Below are positions 18,351 through 26,317 of a DNA stretch of 32,000 bases, piece after piece (within the stretch, counting starts at the first letter, position 1; each line of letters opens with the position of its first letter). Origin of the DNA: Mycolicibacterium smegmatis (GTDB lineage: Bacteria; Actinomycetota; Actinomycetes; Mycobacteriales; Mycobacteriaceae). A program made the position numbers and the translations under genes. The notes under the pieces were generated by a model that searched no databases, was not told the origin of the DNA, and saw nothing but the letters and a program-made list of their open reading frames with translations. The stretch spans positions 6,330,001 to 6,362,000 of the forward strand of contig NZ_LN831039.1 of the NCBI RefSeq assembly GCF_001457595.1, in the 5' to 3' direction.

Positions 18351-19574
18351 ATGCTGACCGTCCGTGGGCGCGCCGCACTGGCCGCCGGAGCCGCCGCCCG
18401 CTGGGCGTCCCGGGTCACCGGGCGCGGTGCCGGCGCCATGATCGGCGGGCTGGTCGCCATGACCCTGGACCGTTCGGTCCTGCGGCAGCTCGGCCAGGGC
18501 CGCCGGACGGCCATCGTGACCGGCACAAACGGCAAATCGACCACCACCAGGATGATCGCCGCCGCGCTGGCGCCGCTGGGACCCGTCGCGAGCAACACCG
18601 AGGGCGCCAACATGGACGCCGGGCTGGTCTCGGCGCTCGCCGCCAACCGCGACGCCGGACTCGCGGCGCTCGAAGTCGACGAGATGCATGTGCCGCATGT
18701 GTCCGATGCGGTGTCGCCTTCGGTGATCGTTCTGCTCAATCTGTCGCGTGATCAGCTCGATCGAGTGGGTGAGATCAACCACATCGAGCGGACGCTGCGT
18801 GCCGGTCTGGCGCGTCATCCCGACGCGGTGATCGTCGCCAACTGTGACGACGTGCTCATGACGTCGGCCGCCTACGACAACCCCGACGTCGTGTGGGTGG
18901 CCGCGGGCGGAACCTGGGCCAACGATTCGGTGAGCTGCCCGCGCAGCGGCGAGGTGATCGTGCGCGACGGGCGCGACTGGTACTCCACCGGCACCGACTT
19001 CAAGCGCCCCAGCCCGCAGTGGTGGTTCGACGAGACCCACATCCACGGACCCGACGGGCTGTCGGTGCCCATGGAGCTGGCCCTGCCCGGCACCGTCAAC
19101 CGGGGCAATGCCACGCAGGCCGTCGCGGCCGCGGTGGCCCTGGGCGCCGATCCCGTCGCGGCCGTCGCCGCGGTCTCGACCGTCGACGAGGTCGCCGGTC
19201 GCTACCGCACGGTGCAGGTCGGGCCCCGGCACACCGCGCGGGTGCTGCTGGCCAAGAACCCGGCCGGCTGGCAGGAGGCGCTGTCGATGGTCGACCGGAC
19301 CGGCGCGGGCGTGGTGATCGCGGTCAACGGCCAGGTGCCCGACGGCGAGGACCTGTCGTGGCTGTGGGACGTGCGGTTCGAGGACTTCTCGGGTGTGCAG
19401 GTGGTCGCGGCCGGTGAGCGCGGCACCGATCTGGCGGTGCGACTCGGCTATGCCGACGTCGAGCACACGCTGGTGCACGACACCATCAGCGCGATCAAAT
19501 CCTGCCCACCCGGGCACGTCGAGGTGATCGCGAACTACACGGCGTTCCTGCAACTGAACCGGCGGCTGTCATGA
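18351..19574 (+). CDS. murT: MurT, Mur-ligase-like subunit of lipid II isoglutaminyl synthase
   Basis: ATG 18351 within ORF 18183..19574. Mur ligase P-loop ..IVTGTNGKSTTT..; ..LLNLSRDQLDR..; C-terminal DUF1727-like ..DLSWLWDVRFE... It is followed by gatD with an ATGA overlap. Confidence 0.9.
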   Translation: MLTVRGRAALAAGAAARWASRVTGRGAGAMIGGLVAMTLDRSVLRQLGQGRRTAIVTGTNGKSTTTRMIAAALAPLGPVASNTEGANMDAGLVSALAANRDAGLAALEVDEMHVPHVSDAVSPSVIVLLNLSRDQLDRVGEINHIERTLRAGLARHPDAVIVANCDDVLMTSAAYDNPDVVWVAAGGTWANDSVSCPRSGEVIVRDGRDWYSTGTDFKRPSPQWWFDETHIHGPDGLSVPMELALPGTVNRGNATQAVAAAVALGADPVAAVAAVSTVDEVAGRYRTVQVGPRHTARVLLAKNPAGWQEALSMVDRTGAGVVIAVNGQVPDGEDLSWLWDVRFEDFSGVQVVAAGERGTDLAVRLGYADVEHTLVHDTISAIKSCPPGHVEVIANYTAFLQLNRRLS

Positions 19575-20290
19575 CTCACCCCAGCACCGTGCGCATCGGC
19601 CTCGTGCTCCCCGACGTCATGGGCACCTACGGCGACGGCGGCAACGCCGTGGTGCTGCGACAGCGGCTGCGCCTGCGCGGGATCGACGCCGAGATCGTCG
19701 AGATCACGCTGGACGACCCGGTGCCCGAGTCGCTGGATCTCTACACCCTCGGCGGCGCAGAGGATTACGCGCAGCGCCTGGCGACCAAGCATCTGATCCG
19801 TCATCCCGGCCTGCAGCGCGCCGCCGAACGCGGCGCGCCGATCCTCGCGATCTGCGCGGCCATCCAGGTGCTCGGGCACTGGTACGAGACCTCGGCGGGT
19901 GAGCGCGTCGAAGGCGTCGGCCTGCTCGACGCCACCACCTCTCCGCAGGAGGCCCGCACCATCGGCGAGGTCGCGTCCCGCCCGCTGCCCGACGGGCTCG
20001 ACCAGCCGCTCACCGGATTCGAAAACCACCGCGGTGGAACACTTCTCGGTTCCGACGCACGTCCGCTCGGCGCGGTCACCAAGGGTGCGGGCAACCGTGC
20101 CGGCGACGGTTTCGACGGTGCCGTACAGGGCAGTGTGGTGGCGACGTACATGCACGGGCCGTGCCTGGCCCGCAATCCGCAGTTGGCCGACCATCTGCTC
20201 TCCCGCGTGGTCGGCGATCTGCCCCCGCTCGAGCTTCCCGAGGTCGAACGTTTGCGTTCTGAGCGCCTCGCCGCGCCGCGGCGCGTCTGA
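19571..20290 (+). CDS. gatD: GatD, CobQ-type glutamine amidotransferase partner of MurT
   Basis: 239 aa with a triad-type GATase: ..GGAEDYAQ.., nucleophile elbow ..ILAICAAIQVLG.., ..VATYMHGP... It is translationally coupled to murT (ATGA at 19571-19574). Confidence 0.9.
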   Translation: MTHPSTVRIGLVLPDVMGTYGDGGNAVVLRQRLRLRGIDAEIVEITLDDPVPESLDLYTLGGAEDYAQRLATKHLIRHPGLQRAAERGAPILAICAAIQVLGHWYETSAGERVEGVGLLDATTSPQEARTIGEVASRPLPDGLDQPLTGFENHRGGTLLGSDARPLGAVTKGAGNRAGDGFDGAVQGSVVATYMHGPCLARNPQLADHLLSRVVGDLPPLELPEVERLRSERLAAPRRV

Positions 20291-20310
20291 TCTGACCTCC
20301 TCTGATCTCT

Positions 20311-20370
20311 GCCGAAATGGCATTCCAGCAGGCGTCTACTCGCACTTTTCTGCTGGAATGCGGTTTCGGC
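20311..20370. repeat. Palindromic extragenic repeat, copy A (21-bp imperfect inverted repeat, 18-nt loop)
   Basis: GCCGAAATGGCATTCCAGCAG (20311-20331) pairs with CTGCTGGAATGCGGTTTCGGC (20350-20370), with 19 of 21 positions complementary. It sits between the convergent stops of gatD (20290) and the MBL gene (20381). Confidence 0.7.
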
Positions 20371-20380
20371 GAAACGAAGC

Positions 20381-21091
20381 TCAGGCGAACGGGTCGGCCG
20401 CGTCGGCGATGCGCGCGGCAGCGTCGGTGAGCAGCACCTCGCCGTGCCCGAAACCTGCGACCTGCGCGCCCGTTTCGGCCAGACGCTGAACCGATGCAAC
20501 GGCCGCAGCACGGTCGACGTTGAACACCCCGACGATCACGTGCCCGTTGAACTCGGCGACCGCGTCGCCGGTGAGCACTGCGTCGGCCGCGGGCAGGTAC
20601 AGCCCGATGCTGCCCGGCGTGTGGCCCGGTGCCCCGACAACCCTTGCGCCGCCTGCGAAGTCGAGGACATCGCCGTCGCGCACCGTCGTGTCGACGCGGC
20701 ACGGCGGGCCGACGGGCGGCTCGGTGAGATCGGACCGCAGCGTGCGTTCGGCGTCGGTCAGCACGGGCAGCGGGCCCGGCTCGTCGCCGCGGATGAACGG
20801 TGCGTCGGCGGCGCCGGCGATCACTTCCACGTCGGCCCAGTCGGCGATCTCGGCGGCCGCGCCGGTGTGGTCCTCGTGAAAGTGCGTGAGCACCACGCGT
20901 TTGACGTGCAGGCGGCGCAGTCCGAGCATGGCGAGCGCCTCGGCGATCAGCCCGGCCTCGCCCGGCCAGCCGGTGTCGATGAGCGTGACACCGTCGGGCT
21001 CCTGCCACAGGTAACAGTTGAGCAGGTGTGCCCGATCGCCGGGGATGCGTAGCCGGTACAGCGAATCCGCGATCTTCAGCAGGTCAGGCAT
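20381..21091 (-). CDS. MBL-fold metallo-hydrolase
   Basis: 236 aa with ..VVLTHFHEDHTGAA.. (the H-x-H-x-D-H motif) and downstream ..GAPGHTPGS.. and ..GFGHGE... A GGAGG Shine-Dalgarno sequence (complement of 21094-21098) precedes ATG 21091. Confidence 0.85.
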   Translation of the reverse strand: MPDLLKIADSLYRLRIPGDRAHLLNCYLWQEPDGVTLIDTGWPGEAGLIAEALAMLGLRRLHVKRVVLTHFHEDHTGAAAEIADWADVEVIAGAADAPFIRGDEPGPLPVLTDAERTLRSDLTEPPVGPPCRVDTTVRDGDVLDFAGGARVVGAPGHTPGSIGLYLPAADAVLTGDAVAEFNGHVIVGVFNVDRAAAVASVQRLAETGAQVAGFGHGEVLLTDAAARIADAADPFA

Positions 21092-21107
21092 GCCTCCGAC
21101 GGTATCT

Positions 21108-21157
21108 GCCGAAACGGCATTCCGGCAGGGCGCTACTCGTGGTTTCGCTGCTGGAAG
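21108..21157. repeat. Palindromic extragenic repeat, copy B (degenerate right arm)
   Basis: GCCGAAACGGCATTCCGGCAG (21108-21128) differs from the copy A left arm at 2 of 21 positions. The loop is similar (GGCGCTACTCG.. versus GCGTCTACTCG..). The right arm, CTGCTGGAAGAAC, decays into the recR stop region. It is in the same orientation as copy A. Confidence 0.65.
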
Positions 21158-21163
21158 AACGCA

Positions 21164-21775
21164 CTAGACCATCGCGCGGCGGCCGGCCAGCGCGCGGCCC
21201 AGGGTGAGCTCGTCGGCGAACTCGAGATCCCCACCCATCGGCAGGCCCGACGCGATGCGGGTGACCGTCAGGCCGGGGATGTCGCGGAGCATGCGCACCA
21301 GATAGGTCGCGGTGGCCTCGCCCTCGGTGTTGGGATCGGTCGCGATGATGACCTCGGCGACGTCGACGCCCTCGACGCGTTCGCCGATGCGGTTGAGCAG
21401 TTCCCGGATGCGCAGCTGCTCAGGGCCGATGCCGCTCAGCGGGTCGAGCGCGCCACCGAGCACGTGGTAGCGCCCGCGGAACTCGCGGGTGCGTTCTACT
21501 GCCTGCACATCCTTGGGTTCCTCGACGACGCATACCAGCGACGCGTCGCGGCGCGGGTCGCTGCAGATCCGGCAGCGTTCCTCGTCGGAGACGTTGCCGC
21601 ACACCGAGCAGAACGTGACCCCGTCACGGATGCGTCCGAGCACCGCGGTCAGCCGGTCGATGTCGGGCGGTTCGACCGACAGCAGGTGGAAGGCGATCCG
21701 CTGGGCACTCTTGGGGCCGATACCGGGAAGCTTGCCCAGCTCGTCGATCAGATCCTGGACCGGGCCCTCAAACAT
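21164..21775 (-). CDS. recR: Recombination protein RecR
   Basis: ATG 21775 within ORF 21164..21820(-). [32 protein letters not shown].. (HhH), a C4 zinc finger ..[16 protein letters not shown].. and a Toprim domain ..[22 protein letters not shown]... Confidence 0.95.
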   Translation of the reverse strand: MFEGPVQDLIDELGKLPGIGPKSAQRIAFHLLSVEPPDIDRLTAVLGRIRDGVTFCSVCGNVSDEERCRICSDPRRDASLVCVVEEPKDVQAVERTREFRGRYHVLGGALDPLSGIGPEQLRIRELLNRIGERVEGVDVAEVIIATDPNTEGEATATYLVRMLRDIPGLTVTRIASGLPMGGDLEFADELTLGRALAGRRAMV

Positions 21776-21785
21776 TGCCGGCCAC

Positions 21786-22118
21786 TCACATCCCCGGCAG
21801 ACCGAAGCCGCCGAGCCCACCGGCCAGCGGACCCAGACGGCTCTGCGCCATGATCGTCACCTGCTTGCTGGCGTCGGAGAGTGCGCCGACGATCAGATCC
21901 TGCAGTGTCTCGACGTCGTCCGGGTCGACGACCTTGGGATCGATCTGCACCGACACCACCTCGCCGCTGCCCTTGACGGTGACCTGCACCAGGCCGCCAC
22001 CGGCCTGTCCGTGCACCTCGGCGTTGGCCAACGCCTCCTGGGCCTCCATCAACTGCTGCTGCACCTGCTGGGCCTGTGCCAGCAGCGCCGACATGTCGGG
22101 CGTGCCTCCGGGTTGCAT
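21786..22118 (-). CDS. ybaB: Nucleoid-associated protein YbaB/EbfC
   Basis: ATG 22118 within ORF 21786..22475(-), 110 aa: ..[61 protein letters not shown]... It ends 10 nt before the recR start. Confidence 0.93.
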   Translation of the reverse strand: MQPGGTPDMSALLAQAQQVQQQLMEAQEALANAEVHGQAGGGLVQVTVKGSGEVVSVQIDPKVVDPDDVETLQDLIVGALSDASKQVTIMAQSRLGPLAGGLGGFGLPGM

Positions 22119-22242
22119 CACTGTCCCCTTGCCGTGTTCGTGTCTCGGTTGCGTCTTCTTGATCGCGTGTTGGTCTCGACTTGGTTGCTCTCGCCCGTCA
22201 GCGGCGGTTTGGCCTTTCAGCCTAGTCCGCGACGCGGCTACC

Positions 22243-23037
22243 GTGGCGGCCGTGCGAGTCCCAGCCTGTCTGCGTGTCGGCGCCGCGGTCGTGACCAGCG
22301 TGCTCATCGCGGTGACGGCATCGGTCGTGTCGCCGGTAGCCCATGCCGCCCCCGCCAACATCGCCGGAATGATCGTGTTCCTCGATCCCGGCCACAACGG
22401 GGCCAACGACGCGTCGATCGGCAGACAGGTGCCCACGGGACGCGGCGGCACCAAGAACTGCCAGGAGAGCGGCACCGCAACCGACGACGGCTATCCCGAA
22501 CACAGCTTCACGTGGGACACCACGCTGCGGGTGCGGGCGGCACTGACGGCGCTGGGCGTGCGGACCGCGATGTCACGCGGCAACGACAACGCGCTGGGAC
22601 CGTGCGTCGACGAGCGCGCCGCGATGGCCAACTCGCTGCGTCCGCACGCCATCGTGTCGATCCACGCCGACGGCGGTCCGCCCACGGGTCGCGGCTTCCA
22701 CGTGCTGTACTCGTCGCCGCCGCTGAACGCCGCGCAGTCGGGCCCGTCGGTGCAGTTCGCGAAGGTCATGCGCGATCAGCTGGCCGCGTCGGGGATCCCC
22801 CCGGCCACCTACATCGGGCAGGGCGGGCTCAATCCCCGGTCGGACATCGCGGGCCTGAACCTGGCGCAGTTCCCGTCGGTGCTGGTCGAGTGCGGCAACA
22901 TGAAGAACCCCGTCGACTCCGCGCTGATGAAATCCCCGGAGGGGCGTCAGAAGTACGCCGACGCCATCGTCCGGGGCATCGCCGGCTTCCTGGGCTCCCA
23001 GTCGCAGGCCGCGGCGGCCGTCAGCCCCGTGCGTTGA
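22243..23037 (+). CDS. ami1: N-acetylmuramoyl-L-alanine amidase (Amidase_3), secreted
   Basis: In the frame of ORF 21775..23037. The start is GTG 22243 or GTG 22252. Signal-like ..[26 protein letters not shown].., then ..[10 protein letters not shown].., ..VSIHADGG.., ..LVECGNMKN.. (Zn ligands of Amidase_3). Confidence 0.85.
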   Translation: MAAVRVPACLRVGAAVVTSVLIAVTASVVSPVAHAAPANIAGMIVFLDPGHNGANDASIGRQVPTGRGGTKNCQESGTATDDGYPEHSFTWDTTLRVRAALTALGVRTAMSRGNDNALGPCVDERAAMANSLRPHAIVSIHADGGPPTGRGFHVLYSSPPLNAAQSGPSVQFAKVMRDQLAASGIPPATYIGQGGLNPRSDIAGLNLAQFPSVLVECGNMKNPVDSALMKSPEGRQKYADAIVRGIAGFLGSQSQAAAAVSPVR

Positions 23038-23044
23038 CCCTCGG

Positions 23045-23482
23045 CTAGCCCTCGACGTGCTTCTTGAGGTTCTCCAGGACCTCGTCCTGGATGCGGCGCA
23101 GGCCCAGGGGAGCAAACGTCTTCTCGAAGAAGCCCTTGACCCCGCCTGCCCCGGTCCAGGTGGTCTTGAGGTTCACCGACGACCCGGTGCCCGCGGGCGC
23201 GACGGTCCAGTTGCTCACCAGGGACGAGTTGGCGTCCTTCTCGATGACGGTGTGTCCGGCGACGTCGACGGTGGCCTTGACGTCACGCACGCGCGACTTG
23301 GTGGCCTGCAGCTTCCACGTCGCGACGGTGCCCGCGCCCTGGCCGCCCTCAAGCACCTGGTAGCCGCTGTAGTGCGAGGAGAGGATCTTCGGCCGTACGG
23401 TCTGGTAGTCGGAGATCGCAGCGAGCACGGCAGCGGGCTCGGCGTTGATCAATACGGTGCTGACCGCGCTGACCTGTCCCAT
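23045..23482 (-). CDS. SRPBCC (polyketide cyclase/dehydrase-like) family protein
   Basis: 145 aa, with AAGGAG upstream of ATG 23482. The size and pattern (..VLINAEPAAVLAAISDY.., ..TWKLQ.., ..NWTVAPAGTGSSVNL..) are typical of START/Bet v1-fold proteins. Confidence 0.7.
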   Translation of the reverse strand: MGQVSAVSTVLINAEPAAVLAAISDYQTVRPKILSSHYSGYQVLEGGQGAGTVATWKLQATKSRVRDVKATVDVAGHTVIEKDANSSLVSNWTVAPAGTGSSVNLKTTWTGAGGVKGFFEKTFAPLGLRRIQDEVLENLKKHVEG

Positions 23483-23571
23483 GGGTGAAAACTCCTTGTG
23501 CGAGGTGAAGATGCGGTATCAACCGCCCATCTGCGGTCGCATCGCCTGCAACCGTTGACTAGCGTATATGT

Positions 23572-24972
23572 GTGTCTGTGGTTACTACTGACGCACAGGC
23601 TGCCCATGCCGCCGGCGTCTCGCGTCTTCTGGCCAGCTACCGGGCGATCCCGCCCAGCGCGACAGTGCGCCTTGCGAAACCGACGTCCAACCTGTTCCGC
23701 GCCCGCGCCCGCACCAATGTGAAGGGTCTCGACGTCTCGGGCCTGACCGGTGTGATCGGTGTCGACCCGGACGCGCACACCGCCGATGTGGCGGGCATGT
23801 GCACCTACGAGGACCTGGTGGCGGCCACGCTTCCGTACGGCCTTGCCCCACTGGTGGTGCCGCAGCTCAAGACCATCACGCTCGGTGGCGCGGTCACCGG
23901 TCTGGGCATCGAGTCCACGTCGTTCCGCAACGGTCTGCCGCACGAAAGTGTCCTGGAGATGGACATCTTGACCGGTTCGGGCGAGATCGTCACGGCCTCA
24001 CCGGATCAGCACTCGGATCTGTTCCATGCGTTCCCCAATTCATATGGAACCCTTGGTTATTCCACCCGGCTGCGCATCGAACTGGAGCCCGTGCACCCGT
24101 TTGTGGCGTTGCGCCACCTGCGCTTTCACTCGATCACCGATCTGGTCGCGGCGATGGACCGGATCATCGAGACCGGCGGGCTGGACGGTGAACCCGTCGA
24201 CTACCTCGACGGCGTGGTGTTCAGCGCGACTGAGAGTTACCTGTGTGTTGGCTTCAAGACGAAAACGCCGGGGCCGGTCAGCGATTACACAGGTCAGCAG
24301 ATCTTCTACCGGTCGATCCAGCATGACGGCGACACCGGCGCCGAGAAACACGACCGGCTGACCATCCACGACTACCTGTGGCGCTGGGACACCGACTGGT
24401 TCTGGTGCTCACGGGCATTCGGCGCTCAGCATCCGGTGATCCGCAGGTTCTGGCCGCGGCGGCTGCGCCGCAGCAGCTTCTACTGGAAGCTGGTGGCCTA
24501 CGACCAGCGGTACGACATCGCCGACCGTATCGAGAAGCGCAACGGGCGCCCGCCGCGCGAGCGGGTGGTCCAGGACGTCGAGGTGCCCATCGAGCGGTGC
24601 GCGGACTTTGTCGAGTGGTTCCTGCAGAATGTGCCGATCGAGCCGATCTGGCTGTGCCCCCTACGGTTGCGTGACAGCGCCGACGGCGGTGCCTCGTGGC
24701 CCCTGTATCCGCTGAAGGCGCACCACACCTACGTCAACATCGGTTTCTGGTCATCGGTGCCGGTGGGCCCCGAGGAGGGCCACACCAACCGCCTCATCGA
24801 GAAAAAAGTCGCGGAGCTGGACGGGCACAAATCTTTGTACTCGGACGCTTATTACACACGTGACGAATTCGACGAGCTGTACGGCGGTGAGGTCTACAAC
24901 ACCGTCAAGAAGACGTACGACCCGGATTCACGTCTGCTAGACCTGTATTCGAAGGCGGTGCAAAGACAATGA
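23572..24972 (+). CDS. bfaA: FAD-binding (PCMH/DWF1-like) oxidoreductase, BfaA-type partner of the downstream methyltransferase
   Basis: 466 aa, GTG start. FAD_binding_4-type N-terminal half (..GVIGVDPDAHTADVAGMCTYEDLV..VVPQLKTITLGGAVTGLGIESTSFRNGL..). An ATGA overlap (24969-24972) joins it to the Cfa-like gene. Confidence 0.78.
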   Translation: MSVVTTDAQAAHAAGVSRLLASYRAIPPSATVRLAKPTSNLFRARARTNVKGLDVSGLTGVIGVDPDAHTADVAGMCTYEDLVAATLPYGLAPLVVPQLKTITLGGAVTGLGIESTSFRNGLPHESVLEMDILTGSGEIVTASPDQHSDLFHAFPNSYGTLGYSTRLRIELEPVHPFVALRHLRFHSITDLVAAMDRIIETGGLDGEPVDYLDGVVFSATESYLCVGFKTKTPGPVSDYTGQQIFYRSIQHDGDTGAEKHDRLTIHDYLWRWDTDWFWCSRAFGAQHPVIRRFWPRRLRRSSFYWKLVAYDQRYDIADRIEKRNGRPPRERVVQDVEVPIERCADFVEWFLQNVPIEPIWLCPLRLRDSADGGASWPLYPLKAHHTYVNIGFWSSVPVGPEEGHTNRLIEKKVAELDGHKSLYSDAYYTRDEFDELYGGEVYNTVKKTYDPDSRLLDLYSKAVQRQ

Positions 24973-26282
24973 CCACATTCAAAGAACGCGAGACGTCCAC
25001 AGCGGACCGCAAGCTCACCCTGGCCGAGATCCTCGAGATCTTCGCCGCGGGTAAGGAGCCGCTGAAGTTCACTGCGTACGACGGCAGCTCGGCCGGTCCC
25101 GAGGACGCCACGATGGGTCTGGACCTCAAGACCCCGCGTGGGACCACCTATCTGGCCACGGCACCCGGCGATCTGGGCCTGGCCCGTGCGTATGTCTCCG
25201 GTGACCTGGAGCCGCACGGCGTGCATCCCGGCGATCCCTACCCGCTGCTGCGCGCCCTGGCCGAACGCATGGAGTTCAAGCGCCCGCCTGCGCGTGTGCT
25301 GGCGAACATCGTGCGCTCCATCGGCATCGAGCACCTCAAGCCGATCGCACCGCCGCCGCAGGAGGCGCTGCCCCGGTGGCGCCGCATCATGGAGGGCCTG
25401 CGGCACAGCAAGACCCGCGACGCCGAGGCCATCCACCACCACTACGACGTGTCGAACACGTTCTACGAGTGGGTGCTGGGCCCGTCGATGACCTACACGT
25501 GCGCGTGCTACCCCACCGAGGACGCGACCCTCGAAGAGGCCCAGGACAACAAGTACCGCCTGGTGTTCGAGAAGCTGCGCCTGAAGCCCGGTGACCGGTT
25601 GCTCGACGTGGGCTGCGGCTGGGGCGGCATGGTCCGCTACGCGGCCCGCCACGGCGTCAAGGCGCTCGGTGTCACGCTCAGCCGCGAACAGGCGACGTGG
25701 GCGCAGAAGGCCATCGCCCAGGAAGGTCTCACCGATCTGGCCGAGGTGCGTCACGGTGATTACCGCGACGTCATCGAATCCGGGTTCGACGCGGTGTCCT
25801 CGATCGGGCTGACCGAGCACATCGGCGTGCACAACTACCCGGCGTACTTCAACTTCCTCAAGTCGAAGCTGCGCACCGGTGGCCTGCTGCTCAATCACTG
25901 CATCACCCGCCCGGACAACCGGTCGGCGCCATCGGCCGGCGGGTTCATCGACAGGTACGTGTTCCCCGACGGGGAGCTCACCGGCTCGGGCCGCATCATC
26001 ACCGAGGCCCAGGACGTGGGCCTTGAGGTGATCCACGAGGAGAACCTGCGCAATCACTATGCGATGACGCTGCGCGACTGGTGCCGCAACCTGGTCGAGC
26101 ACTGGGACGAGGCGGTCGAAGAGGTCGGGCTGCCCACCGCGAAGGTGTGGGGCCTGTACATGGCCGGCTCACGTCTGGGCTTCGAGACCAATGTGGTTCA
26201 GCTGCACCAGGTTCTGGCGGTCAAGCTTGACGATCAGGGCAAGGACGGCGGACTGCCGTTGCGGCCCTGGTGGTCCGCCTAG
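24969..26282 (+). CDS. cfa: SAM-dependent cyclopropane-fatty-acyl-phospholipid-synthase-family methyltransferase (BfaB/Cfa-type)
   Basis: 437 aa with ..HHYDVSNTFYEWVLGPSMTYTCA.., SAM motif I ..LLDVGCGWGGM.. and ..SIGLTEHIG.. typical of the CFA/mycolic-acid methyltransferase fold. Confidence 0.85.
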   Translation: MTTFKERETSTADRKLTLAEILEIFAAGKEPLKFTAYDGSSAGPEDATMGLDLKTPRGTTYLATAPGDLGLARAYVSGDLEPHGVHPGDPYPLLRALAERMEFKRPPARVLANIVRSIGIEHLKPIAPPPQEALPRWRRIMEGLRHSKTRDAEAIHHHYDVSNTFYEWVLGPSMTYTCACYPTEDATLEEAQDNKYRLVFEKLRLKPGDRLLDVGCGWGGMVRYAARHGVKALGVTLSREQATWAQKAIAQEGLTDLAEVRHGDYRDVIESGFDAVSSIGLTEHIGVHNYPAYFNFLKSKLRTGGLLLNHCITRPDNRSAPSAGGFIDRYVFPDGELTGSGRIITEAQDVGLEVIHEENLRNHYAMTLRDWCRNLVEHWDEAVEEVGLPTAKVWGLYMAGSRLGFETNVVQLHQVLAVKLDDQGKDGGLPLRPWWSA

Positions 26283-26317
26283 CAACCACGAACCGCGAAC
26301 CAGGGGCCTGGCGCCGA

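Noticed and set aside
23483-23571. TTGACT plus TATATG as a sigma-70-like promoter for the FAD oxidoreductase gene
   Set aside because: The two hexamers are only 4 nt apart, and TATATG does not fit TANNNT. There is no convincing promoter geometry.
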